The notes under the pieces: model-generated | What the model was told of the DNA's origin: nothing | The model's input: only the letters and a program-made list of their open reading frames with translations | Database searches by the model: none | DNA from: a virus | Length of the DNA stretch: 64,000 nt | Direction: 5' to 3' (one strand) | IMG/VR virus record: IMGVR_UViG_3300035180_001847 | Coordinates: 32,001-96,000 of that record | Program-made: the position numbers and the translations under genes | Shown: positions 28,993 to 38,938 of the stretch, piece after piece | How the letters are laid out: each line of letters starts with the position of its first letter | Numbering within the stretch: position 1 is the first letter of the stretch

Positions 28993-30138
28993 ATGAAAAT
29001 CTCGAATAAAATTTTAACTTTTGCGGGTGGGGAAGATAAACTTGCTCCTTATTTGATGTTTGCTGATTACTGGAATCATTATCGTGCAGAACATAAAAAG
29101 GGCGATGATGCCAAAAACATTGATTACCAAAAATTTGATAAGAATGGTAATGTAATTAGCTTCTCCCAAAAAGAAGATGAAATGAACAGGGTGCTTCGTG
29201 ATGAAATTATCAGACAAGCATTCAATGGAATCAATCCAACTGAGAATAGTGTTCTTCCTTTGGAGGCATGGGCGACCCATCCTACTTTAAGTTGGGCGAC
29301 ATTCTCGGTTGTTTCTGCAATGATCGATATGGTGTTGCCGGATACAATAATTGAGTCGATTGGTTCTTACACTGATGTTAAAAGTGGAGATTGGGGAGAT
29401 TCTTTCTCTTTTGATATTACTCCCCGTGATTTGTTTGTTGTGTCAAAGCAGGGGCGCGATCGCAGAACAACGGAACTTCGCAAACAATATAAAGGTCAGG
29501 TAACTGTTGTTCCTGAACCTCGTCAATTGTCTGTAAGTGTTTCATTGTATAGAGTTTTGGCTGGCAAAGAATCTTTGGCGGAATTTGTTGCAAAAGTTGT
29601 TCGTTCACTTGAGTCCCAAATGACGGTGGATGTATACAACACATTTGCTACTGCTATGGCCGCTCTCCCAACTTCGCCTGCCAATACGGCCTTGCAGGTT
29701 ACCGGCTATTCTCAGCAATCTCTGGTTGCTTTGGCTGAACGTGTTGGCGCTTGGAATGGCGGAAATCAACCAATTGTGATGGGAACGCGCCTGGCTCTTG
29801 CCAAAATTGTTCCTGATAATGCTGGCTGGCGCTATGATACTGAAAGTGATTATGTCAAGATTGGTTATATTCGCACAATCAGTGGATATGACATCATGAT
29901 GTTGCCACAAGTTGCGGCATGGAACACTCCTTTTGCAACTGTTATTGACGATTCTAAATTGTGGATTGTGTCACCTTCTGCTTCAAAACTCGTGAAATTG
30001 TGTTTGGAAGGTTCAACTTTGAGTAATGTTAGTACAACTTTCCAAAATGCCAATTTAACTCAAAGTGCTTCAATCACTAAATCTTATGGAACTGCTATTG
30101 CAACTTCCGCAATTGCTGGTGTTGTTGCTTTGCAATAA
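28993..30138 (+). CDS. major capsid protein
   Basis: 381 aa, strong RBS, followed by a terminator; synteny. Confidence 0.8.
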   Translation: MKISNKILTFAGGEDKLAPYLMFADYWNHYRAEHKKGDDAKNIDYQKFDKNGNVISFSQKEDEMNRVLRDEIIRQAFNGINPTENSVLPLEAWATHPTLSWATFSVVSAMIDMVLPDTIIESIGSYTDVKSGDWGDSFSFDITPRDLFVVSKQGRDRRTTELRKQYKGQVTVVPEPRQLSVSVSLYRVLAGKESLAEFVAKVVRSLESQMTVDVYNTFATAMAALPTSPANTALQVTGYSQQSLVALAERVGAWNGGNQPIVMGTRLALAKIVPDNAGWRYDTESDYVKIGYIRTISGYDIMMLPQVAAWNTPFATVIDDSKLWIVSPSASKLVKLCLEGSTLSNVSTTFQNANLTQSASITKSYGTAIATSAIAGVVALQ

Positions 30139-30146
30139 AAATTAAA

Positions 30147-30178
30147 CATGGGATGGAAAATAAAATTTCCATCCCATG
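30147..30178 (+). terminator. hairpin terminator after the major capsid gene
   Basis: CATGGGATGGAAA...TTTCCATCCCATG. Confidence 0.7.
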
Positions 30179-30207
30179 AACATAAAAAATGAAAGAGGAA
30201 AAATAAA

Positions 30208-30873
30208 ATGAGTGAGGAAAAAACAACTAAATTAAAATCAGGAAGATTGAATTCCAAAAAATCTCAAAGAGAAATTGATTTAGAAAAAAAAATTCTTAAA
30301 ATGCAGGAGCAACTGGAAGCAATAAAAGAGCCTCAAACTGAAGGCTCATCTATTTCAGAAGAAGAAAGAATTGACCCAACTGAATATATAAAGGTTATGT
30401 CATTGACTAATCATCTTTTAAATCTTACAACCCAGCCGAGAGGCGGGGGTAAAATATATTCATTTTCAAAGGGATTTGGTGAAGTAAAAAGAATTCCATA
30501 TTCTCATCTTGCTGATATTATTGAAAATCATCAATCTTTTGTTGAAGCTGGGAATTTTTATATTATGGATAAACGTGTTATATCTCAGCATGGTTTGGAT
30601 GATGCTTATGAAAAAATTCTTGATAAAGATAAGATTGAACAGATATTCAATGGAAATAAGAATGATGCTTTAAATCTTTTTAAAATGGCTAATCCTAAAC
30701 AGCAAGGAATGATAATTAATATGCTTATTGAAAAATTACGGGATGATCCAGAGTTTGATTTAAATGTTATTGAAATTATTTCAAAATATTCCAAAGTCAA
30801 TCTTCAAGAAAAAGCAATTTTCGCAAGAGAATTTATGGAAGATGAAGAGAAAGATGAACAAGAAGAAAAATAA
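30208..30873 (+). CDS. hypothetical virion-module protein (YonA-like position)
   Basis: 221-aa ORF; synteny. Confidence 0.7.
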   Translation: MSEEKTTKLKSGRLNSKKSQREIDLEKKILKMQEQLEAIKEPQTEGSSISEEERIDPTEYIKVMSLTNHLLNLTTQPRGGGKIYSFSKGFGEVKRIPYSHLADIIENHQSFVEAGNFYIMDKRVISQHGLDDAYEKILDKDKIEQIFNGNKNDALNLFKMANPKQQGMIINMLIEKLRDDPEFDLNVIEIISKYSKVNLQEKAIFAREFMEDEEKDEQEEK

Positions 30874-30942
30874 TACGATTCAATTTTTCAAAATTTAGTT
30901 GAAGATAGAAATTAGATAATAAAAAATGATGGAGGTTAAAAA

Positions 30943-31410
30943 ATGGGTACTACTTATCAGGAAATCAATGACCTCTTCATGCTACAAATTCAGGATTATA
31001 GATTAATGGATTTGTATAATACATCCATATTGAATACCACTACGGATTTTGATGTATATTTAATGGGTTTTATGCTTTTGGCAATACCCGACTTTATATA
31101 TTGTACTCAAGACCTTTCAAATAGAGATGATGCAGCCAGAACATTTAATATAGTTTTGACAGATGAAACAAAAAAGATTTTATCTAAATTTATGGTTTTG
31201 GAGTGGTTGGGCAAAGAAGTAAAAGATGTTTTGCAAATGCGTTTGCATGTTCAAGATGCAGATTTCAAAACTTTTGCAGAGGCAAATAATCTCAATGCTA
31301 AACAAGCATCCTATAATATGTTAAGAGAGGAATGCTCTCAATTATTGACAGACATCGCCTATAAAAATAATAATTGGAATAATTGGATTTCTGGGGTTTT
31401 TTATCCATAG
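30943..31410 (+). CDS. head-tail adaptor-like protein
   Basis: MGTTYQEI...ILSKFMVLEWL...DFKTFAEAN pattern; synteny. Confidence 0.6.
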   Translation: MGTTYQEINDLFMLQIQDYRLMDLYNTSILNTTTDFDVYLMGFMLLAIPDFIYCTQDLSNRDDAARTFNIVLTDETKKILSKFMVLEWLGKEVKDVLQMRLHVQDADFKTFAEANNLNAKQASYNMLREECSQLLTDIAYKNNNWNNWISGVFYP

Positions 31411-32706
31411 GTGGGAAACATGACATATAAATTTATAAATGCATCTAAACCCATGCAAAAAACTCCAAAGGAAATATTAACTAATGATTTTCAAGAGAAT
31501 CTAACAGACCAATTTAAGCAATCTACTGATTGGTACACCATCAAAGAAGAATTTCCATTCGCATCTGGAATTTATAATGATATAGATGTAAGAATAACTC
31601 ATGCAATCGATAGTGTAACAGGAAAGAATTTGGGCGATGATTTTAAAAACATTTTATTTCCAGATTTAAACCATCAATTTCAAATTGGTTCAATGTATTT
31701 TTTTGATAAAAATTATTGGATAGTCATAAATAGCGAAATAAAAAGAAATCTTGCGGCATCTGTTACCATAAAAAGATGTAATGAAGAATTGAGATGGAAA
31801 GATAAAATAACGGGAAAGTTTTATTCAGTTCCATGTAGTATTGGTTACGATGTTCGTATGCCAAGAAATTATTCTACGGCTGGTTCTGCATTGGTTTTGC
31901 CTTCAGGATTCGCTGAAGTTATGACTCAGTTTAATGCTGCGACAAATACGATTTATCCTAATCAAAGATTTTTATTTGGAAATACGAATAATTGGATTGC
32001 GTATGTGATTGAAGGTGGAGGTTTAAATAATTTTCAAAGATTACAAACCACAGATGGAATGAGTGCCGGAATACTAAGATTGACTATGAGGACAAATCAA
32101 GTCAATGTTGGACAAGATGATTTAATAAATGGGATTGCGGATGCTTTTGAAAATATTTACACACTGTCATTAAATACAAATTCCGTGTCCATAACAAAAG
32201 ACAATAGTTTACAATTGATTGCCAATGTGAAATTGAATGGAGCAAATGTTGATAGACCGCTAACTTGGTCAACCAGCGATTCTTTGGTCGCAACAGTGGA
32301 TTCAAATGGTGTGGTTACAGCAATTGGAGTTGGAAGTTGTATGATAAGTTGCAATATAAGGGACAACGTTGTTGTCAGTGATTCTTGTGCCGTTACTGTA
32401 ACATTATCTTCTGTGGATAATTATTCTATTATAATGACACCAATTTCAAACTCAATTCTTGAAGGACAAACGGTTACATTTACCACAACGTTGATATTTA
32501 ATGGAAACTCTTTGGCAGATGCATTTACATATTCGATTGATGCTTCAAACACCGTGCCTCAATCAAATTTTGTATTTACCATTGTGGATGGTCACAGTTT
32601 TTCAATTAAAAATAATTCAAAATATCTAATTGCTCCATTGAAAATTATGGCTGTATCTGGAACGTATTCTCGAACTTTCGACATTCTTTTGAAGGGAGCG
32701 TGGTAA
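31411..32706 (+). CDS. head completion protein with Ig-like (Big_2) domain
   Basis: LTWSTSDSLVATVDSNGVVTAIGVG Ig motif. Confidence 0.7.
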   Translation: MGNMTYKFINASKPMQKTPKEILTNDFQENLTDQFKQSTDWYTIKEEFPFASGIYNDIDVRITHAIDSVTGKNLGDDFKNILFPDLNHQFQIGSMYFFDKNYWIVINSEIKRNLAASVTIKRCNEELRWKDKITGKFYSVPCSIGYDVRMPRNYSTAGSALVLPSGFAEVMTQFNAATNTIYPNQRFLFGNTNNWIAYVIEGGGLNNFQRLQTTDGMSAGILRLTMRTNQVNVGQDDLINGIADAFENIYTLSLNTNSVSITKDNSLQLIANVKLNGANVDRPLTWSTSDSLVATVDSNGVVTAIGVGSCMISCNIRDNVVVSDSCAVTVTLSSVDNYSIIMTPISNSILEGQTVTFTTTLIFNGNSLADAFTYSIDASNTVPQSNFVFTIVDGHSFSIKNNSKYLIAPLKIMAVSGTYSRTFDILLKGAW

Positions 32707-32707
32707 T

Positions 32708-33274
32708 ATGAATACGGCAGGAATGATTTCAGATCAAAGTGCATATAACCCATATTCCGATCTTCCCAATTTTAGTTACAACATCATTTCTCATCTTATG
32801 GGGGCAAATGAGGATTTTTGGCGTTTGATTTACTATAATGACCCCGATGCATGGAATGTAAATGTTGATGCAAACCTAACTGCTTCACAAAAGGCATCCC
32901 TTATTTTCAATGGAACTGATGACGAAACAAAATTTAGAATTTTTCTGGATGAAGGACAAGTAAGTGCATGGCTGGTTGAGGCAACAATTGTCAGAATATT
33001 TCCTTATTCTATTTTTTCTGAAAATAGAACGGTTGGTACTTTGACAATGGCTTTTGATGTTTTCTCTCATTATCGCATAAATACACTTAGTAATTATACG
33101 ACAAGAATAGATACTTTGTCCCAAATAATTCTTCAAACATTCAATGGGTTTTATATAGGCGGGCTTGGAAAATTAACAGTTGATGTTTTAAGTAATAAGC
33201 AAGATAGGTTGTATCCATCGGGGCAAATACCATTTAAAGGTAAAAGAATAACAATGTCAACGAAAATGGGGTAG
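32708..33274 (+). CDS. neck/tail completion protein
   Basis: Synteny. Confidence 0.55.
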   Translation: MNTAGMISDQSAYNPYSDLPNFSYNIISHLMGANEDFWRLIYYNDPDAWNVNVDANLTASQKASLIFNGTDDETKFRIFLDEGQVSAWLVEATIVRIFPYSIFSENRTVGTLTMAFDVFSHYRINTLSNYTTRIDTLSQIILQTFNGFYIGGLGKLTVDVLSNKQDRLYPSGQIPFKGKRITMSTKMG

Positions 33275-33278
33275 AAAT

Positions 33279-34058
33279 ATGAATAATTATAGAGACATAT
33301 ATTACATTTATGATAAACCCGTTCCCTATAAAGGTTTAAATATTTATCCAATTACAATGGATAAATATTTAGAATTTACATATTTTTCCCAATGCCTATT
33401 ATTTGAAAAAAATGATTTTGATGCATCTTTATCACTAGAAGAAAAAATGAAAATAATATCCATGACGGATTTGGAATACATATATTTAAAAGGTGATAAA
33501 AGTAAAATTCCATTGATAACTATGTTAATGAATCTTTTATCTTTGTGTTTTAAGTTAAAAGATGAGGATAAATTAAAACTAGATTTCGATGATAATGTAA
33601 AACCAATAATAATAATAAATGACATTGTTTTAAATTCAAGTGATTTTGATGAAATAAAAACAATAATATGTGAGCAAAATCTTGTTGATCTTCCAGATAT
33701 AAATGTCCAAAAAGAAGTCAGAGATGCAATGAAGCAAGCAAAGGATTATGAACAATCTTTATCGGGGAATAAAATGGCCTCGCTCGAAGATTTATTTATT
33801 TGCATAATTACATCCACAGCATTAAATTTAGAACAAATTTACGGATTGACAATTAGAAAATTTATAAAGGTTCTTCAAAGGGCTGATATAAAATTGCATT
33901 ATCAAATTTATAAAACAGCATCGTTATCTGGAATGGTTACTTTCAAGGAAAATTCAATAAAACATTGGATGTCAGAAATAAAACCCAATAAAAATGACGG
34001 TTTACTTGATAAGGAAGTCGTAGAAAACAAGATAAATAAAATTCAAGGAGGAAGTTAA
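33279..34058 (+). CDS. hypothetical tail-module protein
   Basis: 259 aa; LTIRKF...IKHWM pattern of SPbeta-like tail-module proteins. Confidence 0.6.
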   Translation: MNNYRDIYYIYDKPVPYKGLNIYPITMDKYLEFTYFSQCLLFEKNDFDASLSLEEKMKIISMTDLEYIYLKGDKSKIPLITMLMNLLSLCFKLKDEDKLKLDFDDNVKPIIIINDIVLNSSDFDEIKTIICEQNLVDLPDINVQKEVRDAMKQAKDYEQSLSGNKMASLEDLFICIITSTALNLEQIYGLTIRKFIKVLQRADIKLHYQIYKTASLSGMVTFKENSIKHWMSEIKPNKNDGLLDKEVVENKINKIQGGS

Positions 34059-34061
34059 TAA

Positions 34062-35096
34062 ATGAAAAAATTTATGGTAAGCGTTGCTGATGTTAGAATG
34101 TACGACACCAGCAATGGAAATTTACTTGCTATCGGTAAAACATTGTTGGATAGCAATGTGACTATGAAGGTGGCAAATACCGATATTCGTGGTGGACGCG
34201 GGGCGCAACTTCAAACAATTTATTTCCACTCACCGGATTTGAACTTTGTTGTAACTGATACACAATGGAATTTGGATTTCTTATCGGCGACATTGGGAAG
34301 CGATATTGTTACTGGCTCTAATGTTTTCACAGAAGAAACAGTGACGTTGGGTGCCGCTGGGGTTGGAACGGTTTCGGGAACTCCTTTAGCAGTTGATAGT
34401 ACAACTATTTATGGTTGGGTGACATTGCCAAATGGTGTGGTTGAAAAAGTTGTGTTTACTGGAAGTGACTTCACATCATCTTTGGGAACTGTTGGGGATG
34501 TTGTATGTATTCGTTATTATCATTTGAACAGTTCCGCTCGTTCAGTTACCATTAATGCAGATGTTCTTCCAAAGAATGTTCGTTTGGAACTTGAAACGTT
34601 ATTGGTTTCATCTGCTGCAACAACAAATAGAATTGGTGTTGTTCAGATTTCAGTGCCAAAGGCTCAATTAACTGGTAATTTTACTTTGACAATGAAATCA
34701 GATGGTGTTTCCACTACGCCTTTGGATTTGCGCGCTACTGCTGCCGATGATGCCCTAAGTGCTGCTTGTAACAATGTTCCTACTTATGCCAAATTGATAG
34801 AAATTCTTGATTCCGCGAATTGGTATGATAATTTGCTTGGTTTAAGTATTGAAGGTGGGGATTTTACTTTAGTTAATCCCGCCACAAAACAACTTTATGT
34901 TTACGCCATTCCTCAAAATGGTGCGCCATTCCTAGCACCCACAACGGATTTGACATTCACATCTGGAACTGTGGGGACTGCAACAATTAGTTCAACGGGA
35001 TTGGTTACCACCGTTGCGGCTGGAACTTCCTTGCTGCATGTCACCATAACTGCTGCACCTCAATATGATGCTTCTGTAACAGTAACTGTTTCGTAA
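34062..35096 (+). CDS. major tail (tube) protein with C-terminal Ig-like domain
   Basis: DIRGGRGAQL motif, T/S/V-rich, Ig tail, downstream hairpin. Confidence 0.75.
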   Translation: MKKFMVSVADVRMYDTSNGNLLAIGKTLLDSNVTMKVANTDIRGGRGAQLQTIYFHSPDLNFVVTDTQWNLDFLSATLGSDIVTGSNVFTEETVTLGAAGVGTVSGTPLAVDSTTIYGWVTLPNGVVEKVVFTGSDFTSSLGTVGDVVCIRYYHLNSSARSVTINADVLPKNVRLELETLLVSSAATTNRIGVVQISVPKAQLTGNFTLTMKSDGVSTTPLDLRATAADDALSAACNNVPTYAKLIEILDSANWYDNLLGLSIEGGDFTLVNPATKQLYVYAIPQNGAPFLAPTTDLTFTSGTVGTATISSTGLVTTVAAGTSLLHVTITAAPQYDASVTVTVS

Positions 35097-35108
35097 TAAA
35101 ATCTTATA

Positions 35109-35140
35109 TTTATATCCCCATATTATTATGGGGATATAAA
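35109..35140 (+). terminator. hairpin terminator
   Basis: TTTATATCCCCATA...TATGGGGATATAAA. Confidence 0.65.
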
Positions 35141-35153
35141 TTGAACATTTTTT

Positions 35154-35663
35154 ATGGAAGAAAAATTTTTAGGAGAGGAACGAAGAAAAAATATCAATAT
35201 GACAGATTATGTTGGTGATGAAAAAAGAATTACAGATTTGTCAGAACGGATGAGAAAGTTGGAAGACAGGTATATTGAAATGAATACAACTGTGACCAAA
35301 TCAAATACAGTGATGGATAGGTTTGAATCCACGATGAGCAGGATTCAATCTACATTAGATAAATTTGGAGATACAATTGCATCCTTAGATAAAACTTTAT
35401 CGTCGGTTCAAGTAGAACTACAGCATAATGCAAATGAAATATCTGAGATGAAACTGGGGTTGAAAAATATAGAAACTAAAGTTGAAGTAATTGATAATAA
35501 GAGCAAGGTGGATACTATAAAAATTATTTCTAATAATTGGTGGGGAATCGTGACTGCCACATCCGTACTCATTATATTGATTTCGTTCGGAAGACAGGTG
35601 TGGGAATATTATCTTTCCAAGATGATAACGACAATTCCAATTATCACACCTCTTGTAAAATAA
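35154..35663 (+). CDS. coiled-coil protein with C-terminal TM helix (XhlA/holin-like)
   Basis: Heptad repeats followed by WWGIVTATSVLIILISF. Confidence 0.55.
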   Translation: MEEKFLGEERRKNINMTDYVGDEKRITDLSERMRKLEDRYIEMNTTVTKSNTVMDRFESTMSRIQSTLDKFGDTIASLDKTLSSVQVELQHNANEISEMKLGLKNIETKVEVIDNKSKVDTIKIISNNWWGIVTATSVLIILISFGRQVWEYYLSKMITTIPIITPLVK

Positions 35664-35790
35664 GAATAAGTGTTGATAAAAGAAGTATTTTATCAACTTC
35701 AACACTTATTTTTTTAATTTTTAAGACTATTGTGTGTAGTCTTAATTATACAGAATGAAAATAAACGTATGAAGAAAGAGGAGAAAAGAC

Positions 35791-36408
35791 ATGCAAAAGA
35801 TAAAATTGAATGAAAAACCCTTAAAAACAGTCGAAATTGAGTTTAATGGACAAAATATTGAGGTCAAGCCGTATTTTGATTTCAATGAACAATTCGTATT
35901 GATTTCCACATTTTTAGATAATTATTTCAAAGAAAGCAAGTTTGGCTCATCTACTGATTTGCTATCCGCTACTTATACTAATATGTTGGCTGTTTTAGAT
36001 TTTATGACCAACATAGATGTTGAGCAAATAAAAATCGATAATGTTGTTGGTTCTGGTCTTTGGGATAAGATTAAAGAATCAATTAAAAATTATTCTGATT
36101 TTGAAAGTAATCTAAATGATGCCATTGAATCAAAAAAACAAAAATCGAATGATGTCATGGGCGCAATTCAATCGGCTATTGAAAAATTTACTGCAATGGA
36201 TATATCTGATGAGAAACTTTCTGAGACAAAAGAACTTGTAAAAAATTTATCTAATCAATTGAATAACACCCCCGTTGGGAAATTAATTTCCACTGGTGTT
36301 GTGCCAACTGAAACTAGGGATGAGAACACAAAAGGAAAAAAGAATGTTGCTACCTCAGCAAAATCAGCAGAAACAACAAAAACTTGGAAAACTAAAAAGA
36401 ACACTTAG
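35791..36408 (+). CDS. probable tail assembly chaperone
   Basis: Position between tail tube and tape measure genes. Confidence 0.5.
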   Translation: MQKIKLNEKPLKTVEIEFNGQNIEVKPYFDFNEQFVLISTFLDNYFKESKFGSSTDLLSATYTNMLAVLDFMTNIDVEQIKIDNVVGSGLWDKIKESIKNYSDFESNLNDAIESKKQKSNDVMGAIQSAIEKFTAMDISDEKLSETKELVKNLSNQLNNTPVGKLISTGVVPTETRDENTKGKKNVATSAKSAETTKTWKTKKNT

Positions 36409-36595
36409 GGAACTTTGCCCAGATTGTGAAGAAATTAATTTGCAATTGAGGAGTGATGAAATAAATATTTTAGTTAAGGGGGAAGAAAGATTTGAAAATA
36501 AAGATTATAAATATTGTCCAAAGTGCGGATATAAAGATTATAATATTAAAGGCAGGAAAAAGAATCACAGGATTGTTTTGGAAGATGATGAATAG
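36344..36595 (+). CDS. small zinc-ribbon protein
   Basis: CPDC...CPKCG; ATG at 36344 after AAGGA. Confidence 0.55.
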   Translation: MLLPQQNQQKQQKLGKLKRTLRELCPDCEEINLQLRSDEINILVKGEERFENKDYKYCPKCGYKDYNIKGRKKNHRIVLEDDE

Positions 36596-36619
36596 TTGGA
36601 CATTCGGGAGATGATTTGA

Positions 36620-37195
36620 TTGGCAGATATAAATAATGATGATGCTTTACGAGCAGTAATGGAAGACATTGTTGCCCAAGTGATAAAAATAGTTTCAGAT
36701 AGATTGGTCACCATGCTTCGAGAAGACATAAATATTTTTACATATACCATTGGAAGTTCAACGTTTCCCAATTTAGTGTATAGAACAGTTGGAAATAAAT
36801 TAAGAGAAAAATATCCCACTCTTTCAAAATATATTTTGGGTTCAGATGAAGTGGCTAATGCTGGATACAGAAGAGAAGCCAATGGAATAAGAGATAAATA
36901 TCCATCATTTGAATTTAGAGATGCCTTTCATTTTTCAGATATTACCATAAACATGCAGGAAGTGTCTAGTGAACTTGATTATCATTGGAATGAGATGACG
37001 GTTGATAAATCTACTGGACAGCATTGGGATGGAGAAGATAGCAGAGAAAGACTTGCGGACATTTTAAATGTTTCTGGATTTGAATCGGGAAAAATTCGTG
37101 CGCCGTTCTGGGATATTTTTATAAGTCAAGTAGATACAAACATAGATGAATATTTTCAAGAAGCATTTCAATCATTAGGGATTCAAATAGCATAA
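36620..37195 (+). CDS. hypothetical tail-module protein
   Basis: 191-aa ORF. Confidence 0.6.
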   Translation: MADINNDDALRAVMEDIVAQVIKIVSDRLVTMLREDINIFTYTIGSSTFPNLVYRTVGNKLREKYPTLSKYILGSDEVANAGYRREANGIRDKYPSFEFRDAFHFSDITINMQEVSSELDYHWNEMTVDKSTGQHWDGEDSRERLADILNVSGFESGKIRAPFWDIFISQVDTNIDEYFQEAFQSLGIQIA

Positions 37196-37252
37196 TTTTT
37201 TATTTATGAATTATGCTATTTGAATAAAATCAAATTTCATTAGGAGAAAAAG

Positions 37253-37714
37253 ATGGAGTATATTTTAGCATTAGATTTGTCGTTGAGTTGCATTGGTTGC
37301 GCCCTATTTAGTCAAGATGGAATTTTACAGAAATTAATTTCCATAGAAACCGATCCCAAATCGGAAACAAAAATTAGACTAAAAAAGATTGCAGATGAAT
37401 TTATAAAAATTAAAAAAGAGTATAAGCCCAAAATAGTTTTAATAGAGCAGGGATTTTATCGTTTTAATATAAGTACCGAACAAATTTTCAGGGTTCATGG
37501 TATTGCAAATTATATTTTTTACAACGCAGAACAAGTTTATTATCATTCAACAACAATTAGAAAAATTGTTGCTGGCAAGGGTAATATTAAGAAAGATGAA
37601 TTAAGAAATTTTATAATAAATAAATACGGCAATATTGATTTTAAAAATTTTGATGAAAGCGATGCGGTAGGAGTTGGATTATGCTTTTTTATCAAAGAAG
37701 GAATTTTGAAATGA
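37253..37714 (+). CDS. ruvC: RuvC-like Holliday junction resolvase
   Basis: ILALDLS, VLIEQ, GKGNIKK and DESDA motifs. Confidence 0.85.
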   Translation: MEYILALDLSLSCIGCALFSQDGILQKLISIETDPKSETKIRLKKIADEFIKIKKEYKPKIVLIEQGFYRFNISTEQIFRVHGIANYIFYNAEQVYYHSTTIRKIVAGKGNIKKDELRNFIINKYGNIDFKNFDESDAVGVGLCFFIKEGILK

Positions 37715-37875
37715 ATGTAACGGCGATGAAAATTTGTTGTATTAAAAAATAAAATGAATGATAAAAAATGGATTATGCGTTCCCCAAATATGTATTATAA
37801 ATAGCTGATTTATTTCATTGAATCCGCTTTATTTTCTAAAATATCACTTGGAAAGAGGAGAGAACAAATAAAAAA

Positions 37876-38880
37876 ATGGCGAAAATTAAATCGATTGAAA
37901 TAACAAATGAACAATGGCAATCCGTTAATCCACGCAACCGAAAAATAACGGATGAATTTCTTCGAGAAAGTATGCAACTTTCAGACCAAACCTTGAAGCA
38001 ATATTCTTCCGCTCTTCAAATTTATTTTTATTGGGTGAAAACGGAATGTGAAGATAAGGATTTCGATAAACTTAAAAGTAAAGATTTTTTGATGTTTCAA
38101 AATTATCTAATAAGAAGGGGGCTGTCATCTTCTGCTATTAGACTTAAACGAGCGGCTGTTTCATCTTTGAATCAATATGTTGAGACATATTTTGAAGATT
38201 TGAATTTTAAAAATTATATAACTAAAAAAATTCCTGCGCCAGCAATGGTGTTTGTAAATGAAAAGAAGCCCCCCACTCTTGAAGAATATGAAATGATTTG
38301 TGCCAAGCTGGAAGAAATGCAGGAATGGCAAAAATTGGCTTATCTACGCTTTACATTTACAACTGGATGCCGAAGGAGCGAATCGGTTCAGTTATTAAAA
38401 AGTATTGTTGATTCTGAAAAGAAAATTGTTGAAGTAAAAACAAAAGATGAGAACGGTAATCCCATAATTAAACAAGCGTCTTTTTATGTTACCAATCCCA
38501 TACGATGTAAGGGCAGGGGAAAAGCTGGAAAGATTCGCACATTTCAGATGGATGAGGCGGCCATGCTTGCAATTAAAAAATGGTTGTCTGTTCGCGGAAA
38601 TGATGATTGTGAATATGTTTTTGTTTCTAATATAAAAGGAAAAATAAAACAATTAAATCCAGCGACTTTAAATAAATGGTCGAAAGGATTGTTTACAGAG
38701 ATTTTAGGAAGAAGATTTCACCCCCACATTTTAAGAGAAGCAAGGGCAACAAGTCTTGTCGTTGAAGGTGGGAAAGATATAAAAGTTGTTCAAAAATTAT
38801 TAGGCCACAATAGTCCTCAAACTTCCGAAATTTATGTAATTAGAAATGATGAAGATATGAGCGATGAGGCATTTACATAA
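37876..38880 (+). CDS. tyrosine recombinase (XerC-like, YomM-like position)
   Basis: TGCRRSE, HPHILR, LLGH and Y catalytic residues. Confidence 0.9.
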   Translation: MAKIKSIEITNEQWQSVNPRNRKITDEFLRESMQLSDQTLKQYSSALQIYFYWVKTECEDKDFDKLKSKDFLMFQNYLIRRGLSSSAIRLKRAAVSSLNQYVETYFEDLNFKNYITKKIPAPAMVFVNEKKPPTLEEYEMICAKLEEMQEWQKLAYLRFTFTTGCRRSESVQLLKSIVDSEKKIVEVKTKDENGNPIIKQASFYVTNPIRCKGRGKAGKIRTFQMDEAAMLAIKKWLSVRGNDDCEYVFVSNIKGKIKQLNPATLNKWSKGLFTEILGRRFHPHILREARATSLVVEGGKDIKVVQKLLGHNSPQTSEIYVIRNDEDMSDEAFT

Positions 38881-38938
38881 AAACAAATAATAAAAATTTA
38901 TTCGTCTTTTCACAGGCGATTCGCAAGGAGGTCATTTA

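Noticed and set aside
36296-36408. Programmed frameshift of the tail chaperone
   Set aside because: No convincing slippery heptamer at the stop, and the overlapping ORF has its own RBS and ATG at 36344.
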